Positions 13,701 to 28,800 of a stretch of DNA of 64,000 nucleotides are shown here, one piece after another (the stretch's first letter is position 1; every line of letters starts with the position of its first letter). A program made the position numbers and the translations under genes. The notes under the pieces were generated by a model that saw only the letters and a list, made by a program, of their open reading frames with translations, searched no databases and had not been told where the DNA came from. The stretch lies in NCBI GenBank assembly GCA_905331295.1, contig CAJNYD010000011.1:64189-128188 (forward strand). The letters are read 5' to 3'. The stretch comes from Rotaria socialis (lineage: Eukaryota).

Positions 13701-16700
13701 TCCACATTTGGTAAATGTAAAATAATATTTGAATTGAAAACATTGGAATATTGTTCAATTATTAAAGCATAAATATTTTGTAGTAACGTTAAATCATCTT
13801 TATCAATAGGTTTTGTTCCATATTTCTTTTTGATTTGTTCAATTATATTTAAAAGATCTTTACCATCAATTTGTATTTTAATTTGCAATAAATCAAGAAA
13901 AAAATTCTTGTAATATTTATGCAATGCAATTGGTAGTGGATAAAAATAGGGTTTTAAACTGTTTGATAGGGATGTGCGACTTGGTGTATGCCATAGTAAT
14001 TGTGATAGTGATAAAAATAAGTATGTATCTGCTGATGATGTGTCATTCATAAAAATCAGACGACGTTGAGAGAAAAAATCTCGTATATCACGTATGCTTT
14101 GTTCTAGGAGGTTGGTTTTAATTGCTGTTGATGCTGCTGTTCGTTGCTCAGGTGATTTTAAATGCGGAAAACAGTAAGATTGAATATAATCATAGATTGA
14201 ATAACTCATGTCTAAAAAGAATTCGTATACATTTATACATGAAACAAATGAGTTTGTCGATCATATTCGAGGACAGATGGGAAAATATGCAAGGATATAG
14301 CGATAATCGATGACAGACAAATAAATATTCACATCTTGTTTTGATGTAGGAGGAATATTAAGCATGCATTATTGTGGCAAGGTTTTATAGAAATTGCTGA
14401 AACAAAATTGTAGAGGAAAAGATAGATATTGCAAACAAGACTAATTAGATCTAATAAATGTGGTTAGGCAATTTAGAATCTCTTTGAGAGTATAACAATA
14501 ATTATTGTAAAAACAGTATGTGCAATTTTATTCACAGAAAGCTTGATATTGTTTAAGAATTTGCGAAAGATTTTCTCCTACCGACAAGCTTTGGAAATCT
14601 GAGTTCAAAAACGTACAATGCAATTCATTTCCAGTTGTAATATTATGTCGAATTTAGACTTAATACCATAGTTCAAGATGCTATTTAAAGTAATCCTGAT
14701 TGGTTGTATTAGTACACAAAATCTTAACATACTTACTGTTGTATTCAGAGATAAAATTTACTTAGCTATTCAAAAATGTTAGAAATGTCTTTGAGTTGAT
14801 AGACCTTGATATTTTCCTGGTATGTATATAGCTCTATAGGAAGGTTTAGAAGACATGGGCTATGTTTTTAAACAAATTTATACACTGTCTATAAAAAGAA
14901 AGATAACTGTGAAACGGTCGATTTTTATTATTTCTCTATGGTTACATACAGAAATCGATGTACTACTTTGTAACATTAGAAAAGATCTACGTTTTCGTTT
15001 TAATTAACATCGAATTTCATCAAAAATTGACACGAGGGAATTCTGCATTATTTAGTTATTGTATTTATGAATGCAATCCTATTTTCTCTAAATATCTTAC
15101 CAAGTATATATTTCGATGTGACTTGATGATTATATGTGACTGAACTAGGTCCATTAATAACTGTTAATTTGGCAAGCTCATCAAGTTGTTTGAGTACATC
15201 CCGTAATTCAATTTTATTTATATCATCAAGACCAAGAAATTGCTCGACTTGTTTTGTTATTATTGGTTGTTCTTGAGCAGTTTTTGATTGTTGTGCTATT
15301 GGCCATGAACAAAAAACTAATTGTTCGTATTGTTGAGATAAAATATCTTTTGGTTTAAATAGTCGACCAATATATTTATCACCCATCCATGTTAAACTAA
15401 TGCCATTTAATTCTATGGGTCGTTGTTTTATTGGTATAAATGGTAATTCACGCAATTGTACTGATGCACGTGAACGCGCTTCTTTATCATGCAATGCTTC
15501 ATGTATATGAACAGTTGATGGCTGCGAATTTGTTGTTTTTTCACGTGATCCCAATGCTGATTGACGAGCACGACGATCCGATGAATCATCATGTTCATCA
15601 AATGTTCGAGTTGTATTTGAATTTGACATCGTTAGCATATCATTCAAAATTTGAAGAAGTGCTAATGAACGCGTGTGTGCTAAATCATAATCGCGCATGC
15701 GTTGAATGGATTCACAACGTTCGACAAGTTCAGGCCATGTTACAAGATTATCATCACACTTCATACCTAGAAAGAAAAAAAAATCTCATTTCAGTATTTT
15801 ATTTCTTAAAAACCAATAAATCAAAAAAAAATTTATACAAAATACGGACAACTATTTTCGCATTCATGAGATAATCAAAATACTCGTCTCATTATATTAC
15901 TATTGATGAAAATTCTATTCGTTTTCATTTTACAACAATCAACTAGATCATCGTGATATATTTTAACTGTTGTGAAAATACGATAATCTTATAAAAATAT
16001 GTTGTCTAACATGAACCAATGATGTATTTAAGAAGAATCACAACAGAAGTTTTCTATATTTTTTTTAATGTTCTATCTAGATGTTTATCGAGTAAGCTAC
16101 ATAAGAGTGCTTGTATTGATTTTGGTTCAATACTCTAATGTAATAGTGAAAAATATGATTCTATGAAGTAAACAAGTATTTTATTTGTCTTGAATATAGT
16201 ATTTACACAAATAACCGATAATCATTTATACGATGATAGAATCTTTCGTTCATCTTAGAAATCTATGATTGACCAAAACATAAACGACAGCAGGCATGGT
16301 TGACTAATTGAATTGTACTGTAGGTAGGTTTTCATAAACAATATCTAATGATTATTTATCTTGAGAAACATGATTGTTAACATGCAATGAATGAAGCTAT
16401 GTTGAGTCATAGATTGCAGTCAGATGATTTGTTTTTTTTAACACAAATTGTTTCATTCACAGAGTCAATTAAAATAGCACTCAAGAGAACAAACAAAACT
16501 ATCTCATACTCGTAGCATTGAATAAACTAACTAGGAAAAATTTTCCAGCTGATAGAATTTACATGAATAAAATTCGACTTTAGGAATAGGAAAAGAAATC
16601 CGCCATGCTTCATTAGTACTAGACATTACAGCGATGAGACTGACCTATCTACACAATATCCCTTAATAACTAATTAGTCTACCATCTGTTCATTCCATCT

Positions 16701-19700
16701 ATAAACATTATGCTATATATATATATATATTAGATCATATATCATATCTTACTAATAAAAACCTTCTTTTACTCATCGTATTCAATGTGAAAAGCAACAC
16801 AAGACGACAGATTTTCTCTTACCAAGTAGTTTTAAAACGTTCAATCTATCTTCTCTGAGATAAGAGTCTTGTCCGCCATATGGAAACAATGAATCAATAT
16901 CAGAATAAAGTGAGGCTAAACGACAATAGGGATGTATTAATTTTGATGGCTTATTTAAAATTCTTCCATTTGGTGTACATGGTATACAGCAATGTTGTTT
17001 TAAAATATTTAACATTAACGCATCAGCATGATCTAATGCAAATAATACTAAAATATCTTTGACATTTTTAGGTAAGACATTTAGATTAGGTAAGAGTAAA
17101 TCATTGTATGCCCGATAATGATCAAATAGATTTTTTTGATATTCATTTCCAGACATTTTACGTATAAAATAATCTTCTTCTGTTAATAGTTGGCATTTTT
17201 TTTCTTTCGAAATTGTTGTTAATGCTTGAACAACGATTTCTTTCACATTATTTTGTTTATTAAATATATCTGTAAAAACAAAATTAAAATAATTTCTTCG
17301 AATCTCAAGTTTAGAAGAAAAAAAAATCTAATTTTACCTGGAAGATAAAGATAAATTTTATCATCGGATAAATCTAATGTACTTGAAAATGTTATTCGTG
17401 TTTGCTCATCCGGAATTGATTTTGTTGGAGTTGGTTTGATATTTTTCAATTCCAAATCAGTTATTACTTGTATTAAACGCCGATCGGCTGCATACATCTC
17501 TTTAATCCATTTAAATAGGTTTTCATCATATATTTGCTGATTACGTATTAAATCTTCTAATTTAGCTGATTCAGGTTGATATTTAACACCCATTGTTTCA
17601 AAAAATTTCCTATAATTATACAATTCATATGGAAGTATTTGGACATAGGATGCTAGAGGGTGTATTTTATCAATGAGATATAATTGATTTGATGACGAAA
17701 AGCCATTTGTACCATTCCATATCCATTCAACTAAATCACATATACGCATTTCTTTTAATATATCACTTGGATTATTAATATGTGATAAGGCATCATATAA
17801 ACGTTTACATAAATTCAAATAATCAAATGTTTCACTTTTCTGTTCATGTAATGAACATTTTAAATAACATAAAACAATACATTTCAATTGTTTTATCAAT
17901 AAATCAAGTTTTACTTCACGCATATCAATTAGTAAACGATTTGGCAATGGAGATGACGGCGAAGTTAATGTACGTGTTGGTGAAACAAACGATTCAGGTA
18001 GGTCAAGCGATGATACAAGAGCTGTTGCGCCAACTAGAAAAGCATGAGATTTATCACATACTTCGCGTGGAGTTACAAAAGGTCGACGTGAGTCAATGGA
18101 GCCTAAAATTAAAAAAGGAACATACAGTGATTTTATTCTTAGAAAAGATTTTCTACATGACGTGGCTAGTTTTGCTCTGGAAAGAGATTCCAAATATTTA
18201 ATTGCACTGTCAAAGCAGTCTTCGAATTGGTACTTATATAAAAATATTTGAGTGATAGTTCATTTATGTTTAAGAAATCATTTTCCTATTGTGTCCAAAG
18301 GACAGATTCTTCAAAACATGATAATACTTCGATAGAGAGATCTCTAATAAGGAAAAAAATGTTAATTCTATATTCACAATCATGCAAATTCAAAATTTAG
18401 ATTATATATCTTCTTATTTTATTTGATAGATCGTCGTTCGGTGCATTCGTAGCCTAGTTTTATTGAGCCTGTTATAATTCTCGTCAGCTAACGCGATCAG
18501 TCCCGAAGAAATTATTGCACAAAAAACTGTTCTTTTGTTTATTAATCTAAATAAGATTTTATGAATTATGTTTTGATTCATATTAACCAAGATACGTCTT
18601 ACGGCAATGTAAGACAACAGTAGATAATATTTAATCCTATGAAAACTCATTATATATTTGTTACATTTTGCGTGATAAAACTTTTTTTTTCAACATTACA
18701 ATCGATATTTCTACTGATTGTTGATTGGCTTTGCAAATTGTATCAAATTGCATGACTGAACATACAATACATTTTGATTCTCTGAGGGTTGAAGTGTCAC
18801 ATGATATTATGTAATAATATAAAATTTCTCGAGAATAACAATAGATAGACAGTTCAATGATTTGAGTGCTTATATAACTCGGAGTGAAAAATGATGAGCT
18901 ATTGAAAACGTATTGTCAACAAGACCTACAAAAAAATTCTCTGCCAAGCGCGCATTACTCAGACTTTTAGTTGAAGGTCATTTTTTTCAAATGAAGAGTA
19001 AATCGCTCAAATGAAGTTTTTCTTTTTGTCAAGTTGTTTCTCACTTAATAGTCTTTATTGTGAGTACCTTCATCGTTCGTTAAATAGTAGTTGCAAGAGG
19101 AAAACTTTAGAAGAAAATAATAAAGTCCTTCTATACCAACAACCCTTGCGAAAATTAGTATCAATTGTACAAAAAAAAACGCTTAATTTCAATCGATTCA
19201 TGAGAAGGAAAGTTATTAGTCAAATATAACTCAAATCTTAATGGTAACAACCACAAAATTGCCAGTCCGTCTTGAGTATGCGCTCAATATTAGAGGGAAA
19301 AAAATTATTATCATGATGTCATATGAATGAATTAATTTTAACATAAATTACCTTGCCATGTGAGTGTTAATGGATATGAATGTGGTCGTTCGAGCATAAC
19401 AGGTATCCATTGTGTAATATTTAAATATTGCTTAAGACTAATGCGTTTCGTTTGAGAATATTCATCAACTAACTTTGGATTTTGACTCAATATATCAATA
19501 ATAAAATCTGCCAATAAAAACATGAGCGAACGTTTGCCACTTGCTGCAGATTCTTTAATATTTAATTCGCAGATATCAATTAATTCATCGCATTTAATAT
19601 CGAAATATTGTCTCAATTTAAGATGTTTCAGTAAGATTAAATGTTCATTTATTGAGCATATATCAATCGATGGTAAATATTTGAATTCAAATAAAATTAA

Positions 19701-22700
19701 ATATTTTTCTTTATTATTTATATGAAATGATGACGGATCAAACATTTGCTGGCATGAGCAAAGTTCACCTGTCCGATTAGGAAATAAACGACTTGTTGAT
19801 AATGTATCTTGACAAACAACGTCAGTTAAAATTAAATTTGCACAATTTGACAAAAGCCATTTACCTGTAAAATACAGGAAGAAAAAAACATGTTTCTTAA
19901 ATTATATATTCAATCTAGATAGAGTAGACAATTTCTAATTAGTATAAATAAGAAGTCGAAATAATAAATTGTAGAAACATTATACTTAAAAAGAAATCAA
20001 ACTAGAAGTTATCATGAAGGTCAAATTGAAGTATCCTTGTAAAAAAAAGCTACTCATGCATATACTTCATGTATAATCAGATTGTTCTGCGTTTAATTAT
20101 AGAGTTGTCAGCATGATTTCAATTGGTTTGAAAACTACACTATTGAATTTCATTACAACGAAGAAGTCTGTGTGTAAAATAGAATTTATGTTTTTTTTTA
20201 TAACTAACATGGCTCTTAGAGTTCATAAACGGTTACAATTCATTGAAAAGTAAACATATTTTATGATGAATAGATCATATTTGAACCTTTTCAGACAGAA
20301 GAAAATTCTATATGAATAGTTCCATTTGTTAGAGAAATCACTTTGCAACATAAATGTGCTCATGTAAATAGTTTTAGTTCATTTCTTTTATATAAAAGAT
20401 GTTTACAGTTTTTAAATGGCTTCAGTTTATTGGTTGATGCTGGCATCAATAGAAGTGAATATAGGAGAAAACGTTCTCTTGTGGTACTAACTTTCAATCA
20501 GATAAACCCCTGTCGGAGATATTCGAATGAGCTCAAAACAGAAATTTCTCGTTCTCGAACAATAATTGAATTTGATAACAGTAAGTTTTGATATATTCCG
20601 ATGTTCCATAGATTTTCAATATACACAAAGTGTATGATGTGAAATTTATTTTGAAATTTTTGAAATTCTAATCATAACGTAGCTAAGTTATTTGCTTTGA
20701 ACTCGTAGAGTCAATATACTAATATATATACATATATATATATTGATAGGAAAAGAAGATTTGTTTACCTAAAAATGCCATTTTTTGCTGGTCATGTTTA
20801 AATGGTACGTTAATGATCGATGGATTTGATTGTTGTGGTGATGGTATATTTACTTGTGGTGGTTGTTGTTGTTGCTGTTGTTGTTGTTGTCCAATCGTTG
20901 TTATAAGATATCGAGCAACATGCGTAAAATCATGTATGACATAACCTAGTTTATCTAGCAAAATTCTTGAATCACTATCTGTAACATGAATACATTGCTT
21001 TGGCGGTTGTAAATCAACAGGTAATTTTGTGCCGGATTCGTAGATATATAAAATATTATTTAAACTAATGTATCTATATTGTTGTTGATTTAAATCAGTA
21101 CTTAAATAGGCATTATCAAATATAGGTAATTGTTTGATACATTGAATGTTTGAATCATCTAATTGCTGTGTCATTATTCGGGATAAATATTGTCGCAACA
21201 ATTTAATATCATGTTCATTTAATAATGTATTAAATTCGTGTTGAATTTTTAATTGTGTAAAATGTCTTAGACGACATTTAAATATTTGTAATAAACCTAA
21301 ACATGATAATTGTGGAACATAGTCCTCAACGCATTTATGGCGGCGAATCATTTCAGGAAATGGTTCAATACAATAAAAGTTTAATTTTACTAAAACTTTT
21401 TGTATAGCTAAATCATCTTTACTAGGAACAATAGGTAACTGAATAAGACCAATGTTTTTTGATAATTTATACAATGATATTGTATTATTAGCTGCTGATA
21501 CACCCAATGGACGTGACAATGGTTGTAGATAAAGAATATTTGTATTTTCAAGCATAGTTAAATCAGTTGGAAATTTTTCATTGATATATTTCCAAAGATT
21601 TTCAAGCCATTCAATATTATAATAATCATGATTTCTAGGCCATTGAATACAATCATCACCACGACGCCATTCACGTGGTAACATAACCAAGTCAGCAAAT
21701 TCTTTTGGTGGCATTGATTGAAGTTGTGTACGATCTATATATATAGTCGAAACATTAAAGATATCGATATATAAATGTATACGTATATTACTAATTCTTA
21801 TGAATCATTGTTATATTCGATATGAATGTCAAAATAAATCTTATCAACTATACTGTTCTTTTTTTTTCGTTATGTCTAATCTCTATGTAAATCTTGTTGA
21901 TCTATCGAGAAGAAGAAAAAAAGACAAAATATGTACATAATATACATACATTGGAATCGTAGTTTTACATTATTCTTTAATGATTACATCAACCGAACAG
22001 CATATGTCTATTCATTCATTTATGGCTGTATTTAGTTGCTGGTCAACATGTATGATAAGCCAATTCATTAGTATACTCGATTAATTAGTAAATGTCAACA
22101 ACATTTCCTATTCTACTACGTTTATATCTATAAATGTATGTTTGTCTGTGCCGATTGTCTAATCCTAGCAGTGCTTCTTTCTGTCTAGATTTATTTAATA
22201 TCAAAAAGAAGAAGAAATCTCATTGTGTCTGCCTTCTGGTTCTTATTTCTTTAACATTGTCTCGATTAAAAATGAAATTTTAATAGTAGCAATTGCTTTT
22301 TATAGTAAAAGTTTGTTAATCAGAGGTCAAGATTACATAGTGTCCGTTTTCATTATTGAAATAAGATCTTTTTTTTCCTTTTTTTTCCTTTAAAAAGAAC
22401 ATAGTAATAAAGCATTCGAATCATTAACAATTGATGATTTAGAAAGTTTACACGTTCCAATACAATAACTTTTTATCGATAAGATTTGTAAACATTGAAT
22501 TTCTCATAAATTATGGATTAAGTCTCCTATCGACAAGGTCGGATGACACATTGCCTTGGGTGAACAAGAAAAGAAAGAGGAAAAAAGAAACCAAGAAATT
22601 TACGTGCTTAACAACCTACACACACGTTACTTGTCACGCTCGTATATATTCGGGTGTCCTTCTCGGCAATGCGAGGCGTGCTTATTCGTTCGTTCGTTTA

Positions 22701-22814
22701 GTCGAAAAAGAAAGAGTGAAAGCACTTAGACGTTTAAATGTATAGATGTGGTTTTGCGGCTTGAGATTCGATCAACGCTGTCATCGTCATCGGCCCTTGC
22801 ATAAGCACAATAAA

Positions 22815-22851
<37 letters not shown>

Positions 22852-25800
22852 CCTAAGAAGATTAAAGATTAGCACTGATATGTGTACACATGTGTAAGCA
22901 ATCGATTGTGAATGTTTTTGTTCGATAAAGACACATTTTCAAGATCAAGGTCTTTAAAAAACAAGTCGTTCATTTAAATATTTATACTGAAATCCATGTT
23001 CTTATATCACTGTTTTTGTCATTAATAAAAAGGAAAAAACCTAGTTTTACTATTGTTTTATCAACTTTATCACGAGAGAATGTGAACAATCATCTTTTCT
23101 GTTGTCAAGTTTATCAAGGATGACTGGCAGGTTTCTTTTTTCACTGACATTTGTTTAACACATATACATATATGTATAAATATTGCATATTGATAAAGCA
23201 ATATAAGAATGTCGAAAATTTCTGAAGTCCAAAAGTTCACTACAATACTACACATATTCAAGTATAAATTGTTCTTCTTTTTTTGTCTAACAACGAAATT
23301 CAATCCTTAGTGAAAAGCGAAAAAAGATTATCGCATATATATATATATATATATATACACATTCGTTCATATATATGTATATGTATGTGCATATTCTCTT
23401 TGCTCTGTTTGCTCTAGTAAATAATCAAATCTATGTGTGTATGTTCTCATGCTGAGCAAAGAAAAAGAAGTCAGAAAGATGTTGCACAATTTTTCTATGT
23501 GCAGTCAATTAGATGATGAATTAGTTGGCACAACTGTTCAAGATACACGCACCCTCGTCCTGTTGTATCGACACTGATGCCGGTGTTGGTGTTGGTGTTG
23601 GTGTAGCAATATTGCGTGACGAAAGATAAATAGTTGGTGTTGGCGTAAGATCCCAAGTGGATAGAAAACGTGGTCGATGCTGTTGTAATGGGCCCAAATA
23701 TGATGAAGAAAATAATGGAGATGAACTTCGAAGACGTTGTTGATGATGTGGAGGAAACATAGGTGGAACTCGATGAAAATAACGACTCGATGTGGGAGTT
23801 GAACGATTACTGTGGTTAATATTGTTCGAACTATTATTATTATTATTCAGAAGTGGATCATAACGATTTGATATATTCGATGTAAAACGATATCTTGAGT
23901 CCATTTGTATCTATGTTTGAGCACACAATATGCGTGGCGTAGTTTTATTTCAGGCTAGACAATGAATGTAATCATCATCCTCAATCTTCACTTTCTTCTT
24001 CTCTTTGTTCGTCGTCCGCGTGATGAAGAAGAGGAGTAGTAAGAGAGTGACGACGCATGTACAGGGACGTCATCATAAAAATCTGTACATATATGCGTAA
24101 GAAGAAAGACGAAGGGAGAGCGCGTATGCAAAGGCAATTGATGTGGGTGATGCGAGGGAGGACCAGTAATGTAAAAAAAAGAGAAAGAGTCGGAGACAGA
24201 GGAAAAAAGAAAAGAAGAGTAGTGTATGTGTGTATATATGCACTAGTGAGAACAAGAAGAAGAGTAATACCATCACACTTTTTCTTTTTTTTCTCTTCCC
24301 TCTCTGTATATTTACTATTCTTGTGGTGATGCTAACATTGCACCGGTACGATAAAACTGTTTAATGTCATCACATAATGAAGTTGTTATAAGATGATAGT
24401 GATTGAGATTTTTGCGTAATCTTTGACAAGCATATGTTGTACAAAAGGTAAATGAAATAAAAACAATTCACAGATGAATAAAAATTGACGAAGCACTTAG
24501 AAATCAAAAGTAATCAAATTATTCAATAGTTGCACATTTATATATTGATTTTAAAATCCACAAAAGAAATATTTCTCTATCGCAAGAATAAAACAAAAAA
24601 CATATTTCGTAGATGTCAATTGGTCTGTTTTTCTTTCTGCTTCTATGCATACGATAACCTTCTATTAAAAAAAAAAAGAAGAAAGTCTTGAAGTATGTTT
24701 ATTTAAAATGGGACAAATTAGTTCGTATGTCTAGTGATGATTACCTTGAGACTAGTTCATTACTATAAAACTGGGTAATAACTCTCAATCAAGGCATACA
24801 CTATCATTATTAAAACATACCGCAACCAATACATAAGTGTCGATGTGTATGTTAATTGCTTTCTGCGATATATAAATGAACATATTCACAACATTTATTT
24901 GAGTAGAAATGTCCTAACTACTACTTGACGATGAAATATTATGATAAGGTCATAGTTTTCTTTTTCATGGCATTATTTTAAATGATAGTTTCCATCGATT
25001 TTAACTACATAAATATGGAACGCATCATACATAGATCAATATATTCATCAAGAAATCAGTGAAAATCTACCAAGTCAAACTATTATATATTATTATCTCG
25101 TCGTTGTTTTAATATTTGTCCTAGTTTTATGGACAGAACTATTTCGATTACAATGAAAATAGCTAGACACTTGGAGTATAATTATGTAAGACTATTTCTA
25201 TATTCAGTTTTTCTCTTTTCATTTTCTGTTTCAATTATTTCTGCCTTGATTTTTCAAGTTCATTTTACTAACATACAAAATGCATCACTTGAAATGCATT
25301 GACGTATAGATCATTTTCTATTATCAATTTGCATACGATCAAATTCAACAAAAAAAAAAGAAGCAAAAAAAAAGAATAAGAGTGATTAAGTATTAGTATG
25401 TAATACATTGGAATAATGTGTGCGCTTTTGTGTTCTGTTTTCTTTTTTAATAGAACAAAGGAAAAAGAAACTCAGGATTTTTTTTAAAACTATTTCTAAC
25501 TATAGACATTCTCAAGGATAAATATGTTATTTAGAAAACTATTTACCCGTTTGCATTACCGACGTGTCGACTATGTGTTGTTTCGCAACTAATATCCGCG
25601 CCTTATCTATTTTCTCTCTCTCTCTCTCTCTCTCTCCCCTCTATTCTTTTCCCTATGAAGATATAAATATACAAAACAGACAAGCGATCCATTATCGTAC
25701 CCATATTATTTAGCGATTGTTGATGTTCTTCTTTATGCAGTTGTTCATTATTGTTTATTGAAGGTTGTTGAGCGATCGTTTTAACGAGGTCTAGATCGAG

Positions 25801-28800
25801 TGAAATGGGGCGTTTTACATGTTTCCTAAGCCAGCCCCGTCCGATACACATAGGTACAGGTGTCTCTTGTGAATTTACATTGATTTGTGATTTATAATGT
25901 TGTGATTCTTTTGAAGTAGTTTTTGCATTATTGGATGCCGCGGATGTTTTATTTCGAAATATGGACAAACTTTTTGATGAAAGAAAATTACTGAAGAAAG
26001 TGTTACGCTTTTTCGATGGATTTGTTATGCCAGAGGCTGATGCCATGGACGAATAGAAGTAGAAAAATGAAAGAACAAGAAAGCGGACTCTTCAAGTCTA
26101 TTCACTCTAATACAATCTTAGCAAAAGGATCTTTTCTTCTATTCCTTTTGACATACATATATACATAACGTTTTCTTTCTCTTGTCGTCCTTTTGTACAT
26201 TCTGTTTTTTTCTCTTCTTCAAATCTCTCCCATTTCTTTTTCTTTTTTTTTATATGCTTGTTTATCAGAACACCTGAATATGTGCGTATAACTGATGTAT
26301 AAAGGAAGAAAAAAACGACTCTAAACAAGAGTCAAAATATATAAAATGACATTTGGAAAATGTGTCCGGTTATTGTGAAATAAAAAGCTTTCAATGTCAT
26401 ATGATTAGAAAAGATCTATTGAACACATATGGTTATAATTACATCGATAAATGTTATATCAAAACGTGAATATCGCAGGCAAAGAAAAGTCATATTCATT
26501 TTCGAATCTTTATCATAGAAATAACCATTAACTATAATATAAAAAAAGAAATTAGAGCGAGAGAGAACTTGAAATGAGCCATTTTCTTTTGATGAATCTT
26601 AATTTATTATTTATGACTTTATTTTGGCGTATATTTATCAAGTATTTTGTTATCTTCTACTTTTGACTAATTCTTTATGAATAACATAAAATCATCAAAT
26701 GTCCACGACATTCTTTATCAAATTTTATTATAGTCATTAGAATTCTTCTATTCGATAACGAAAACAAAAATGATGCTCACTTCTATGCAGATCAAAAGTT
26801 TTCTCTGGAATTCAATTAGAATTTCTTGCGCATGATACTTTTTGAGAATATTTTTGCAAACAAAGACATTTTTTTAAATGATCGATAATACGTAATGATC
26901 GATGAAAATCTTTTCGTCGTTTGTTATTTTTTCTCAGCTCCTCCTTCGAGTTTATACAATACTTTAAGTGACAGGTCTCAAAACTAATCTTGATTGATAT
27001 GTCAACATGAATTCATTCATTCAATGCTCTACCTTATACCGACTCTAATTACACAGTTCGATTTTCGTATACTTGCTTACTTAGTCCTCTCGCTTTATTC
27101 GATCACAAAAAAGAGAAAAATGTCAACATTAAGTTGCATCATGCTTTGCTTTTACTAATCGATATATACATGTACAGATACATACTATTCGTTTTTTAAA
27201 AGCATAGTGAAGGTCCTATATATATATATATTTAATTTAGTCTCTCTCTTTTTTTTCTTGGTCGGTTTTTACTATATTAGTATGTGTCAAGCTTATTTGA
27301 AAAGAATTTCAATATACAAAGTCGGATAAAAGAAGAAGGAAAATTAAAAATCATTATAAAATGTTTTCGATGAAACGATTAAGATGAATAAATGAGTACT
27401 AAATATATTACCTTTATATGTAAAATTACAAATTAAAGGTTCACCACTAGTTTGTTCTCTATACCGATGAACAGGAGTTGTCAACAAAGTATTTGTTTCA
27501 ATTTTATACGTAGGTGAAGATTTTTTCGAAGGTGATGAAGGTTTTATTGAACAAGTTGTAGTATTACCCATTGAAATAACGATAATTCAAGAAGAAGAAG
27601 AAAAATGTTAAGAAATGAATGCAGTCTATGATTCGATTTCAAAATAGAAATTAAATTTCTTCTTCAATATTATTTTTCTTGTTATTGGTTGTAATAATCG
27701 TTGATGTACTCTTTCGTCGCTGTATATTTTGTTTTTTGCTTGAATAAGTATCAACATGGGAAGATCAGTTTTCAGAATTATTCGATTTAACAATACATAT
27801 CGAGGTCTTACCAAGAAAAGTTCATAAATGCGTATGATTCAAACGTACAAAAGAAAGCTGAAAAAAAAGTACTGCGACGTACGCGTATTATTCAAGTGCT
27901 TACTAAAGCCACCAACCAACACCGGATAAATACAATTTTGAATAGCAATTGTTTTTAATGCCGAGGAATAGCTCAGAGAATAACACAGTAGAAGAGAGAA
28001 AGACACGTTGACAAAAGAAGAAGAAGGGAGAAGAAGGAGACCAGCAAAAGAAAAAATAATAATAGGTGACAAATCACACCCTGAATGCCAATATCGTGCA
28101 ATATTTTCTGTATAGAACCGTATGTATATATATATAAGCATGAACGATATGACAAATGATATCATTGTTATAGAGCGATGAAGAGAACAAAAGTGATTTT
28201 TCTCTCATATTACTCATGTATGTCTAACATGATAAGATTGCCTGTGTTAGTCAATGAACATGAACAGCTATAATCATTAAAAATTCATCGTTCACTTAAT
28301 CATTGAAGAATGAAAGAATCTGATAAAACAAAGAAAAGCCACATTTTCTTCCCCCTGCTTGTTTCGATCTTTTTCTATCTATGAAATATGCTTCAATTAC
28401 GATAAAATACACGAAATAATCGAAGTGTGCACATCAATAATTAATTGATTGGCCATGTATAGAGGCGAACATTAAAGTACTATACATGAGTGAACGTTTT
28501 TCACCTTGGCTTCGCACGTCGTATGCTTTTTTAACTTCCAAACATACAATCGATGATGATCAATTGAGTGTATTTTATTAACCTTGCTGAAAGACACATC
28601 ACACTAGGATAAGATCGGAGAAGACGACGAAGAATAAGAAAAAGAAACATTTCACATAGACTTTCACGACCATTTTTCTTTATTTTCTGATCATCAGAAA
28701 GACAAACACTGATAGAGCATTGCTAGCTAGCTATGAAATATCGTTGATTTTTACCAAGTAGCTAACAGAACAGCTATTCCCAATATCATCAATATTAGGT

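Noticed and set aside
24743..28673. Other GT donors in the large intron (near 24743, 28504, 28582) as leader exons
   Set aside because: In-frame stops, no upstream ATG, or the wrong phase for the 21734 acceptor.
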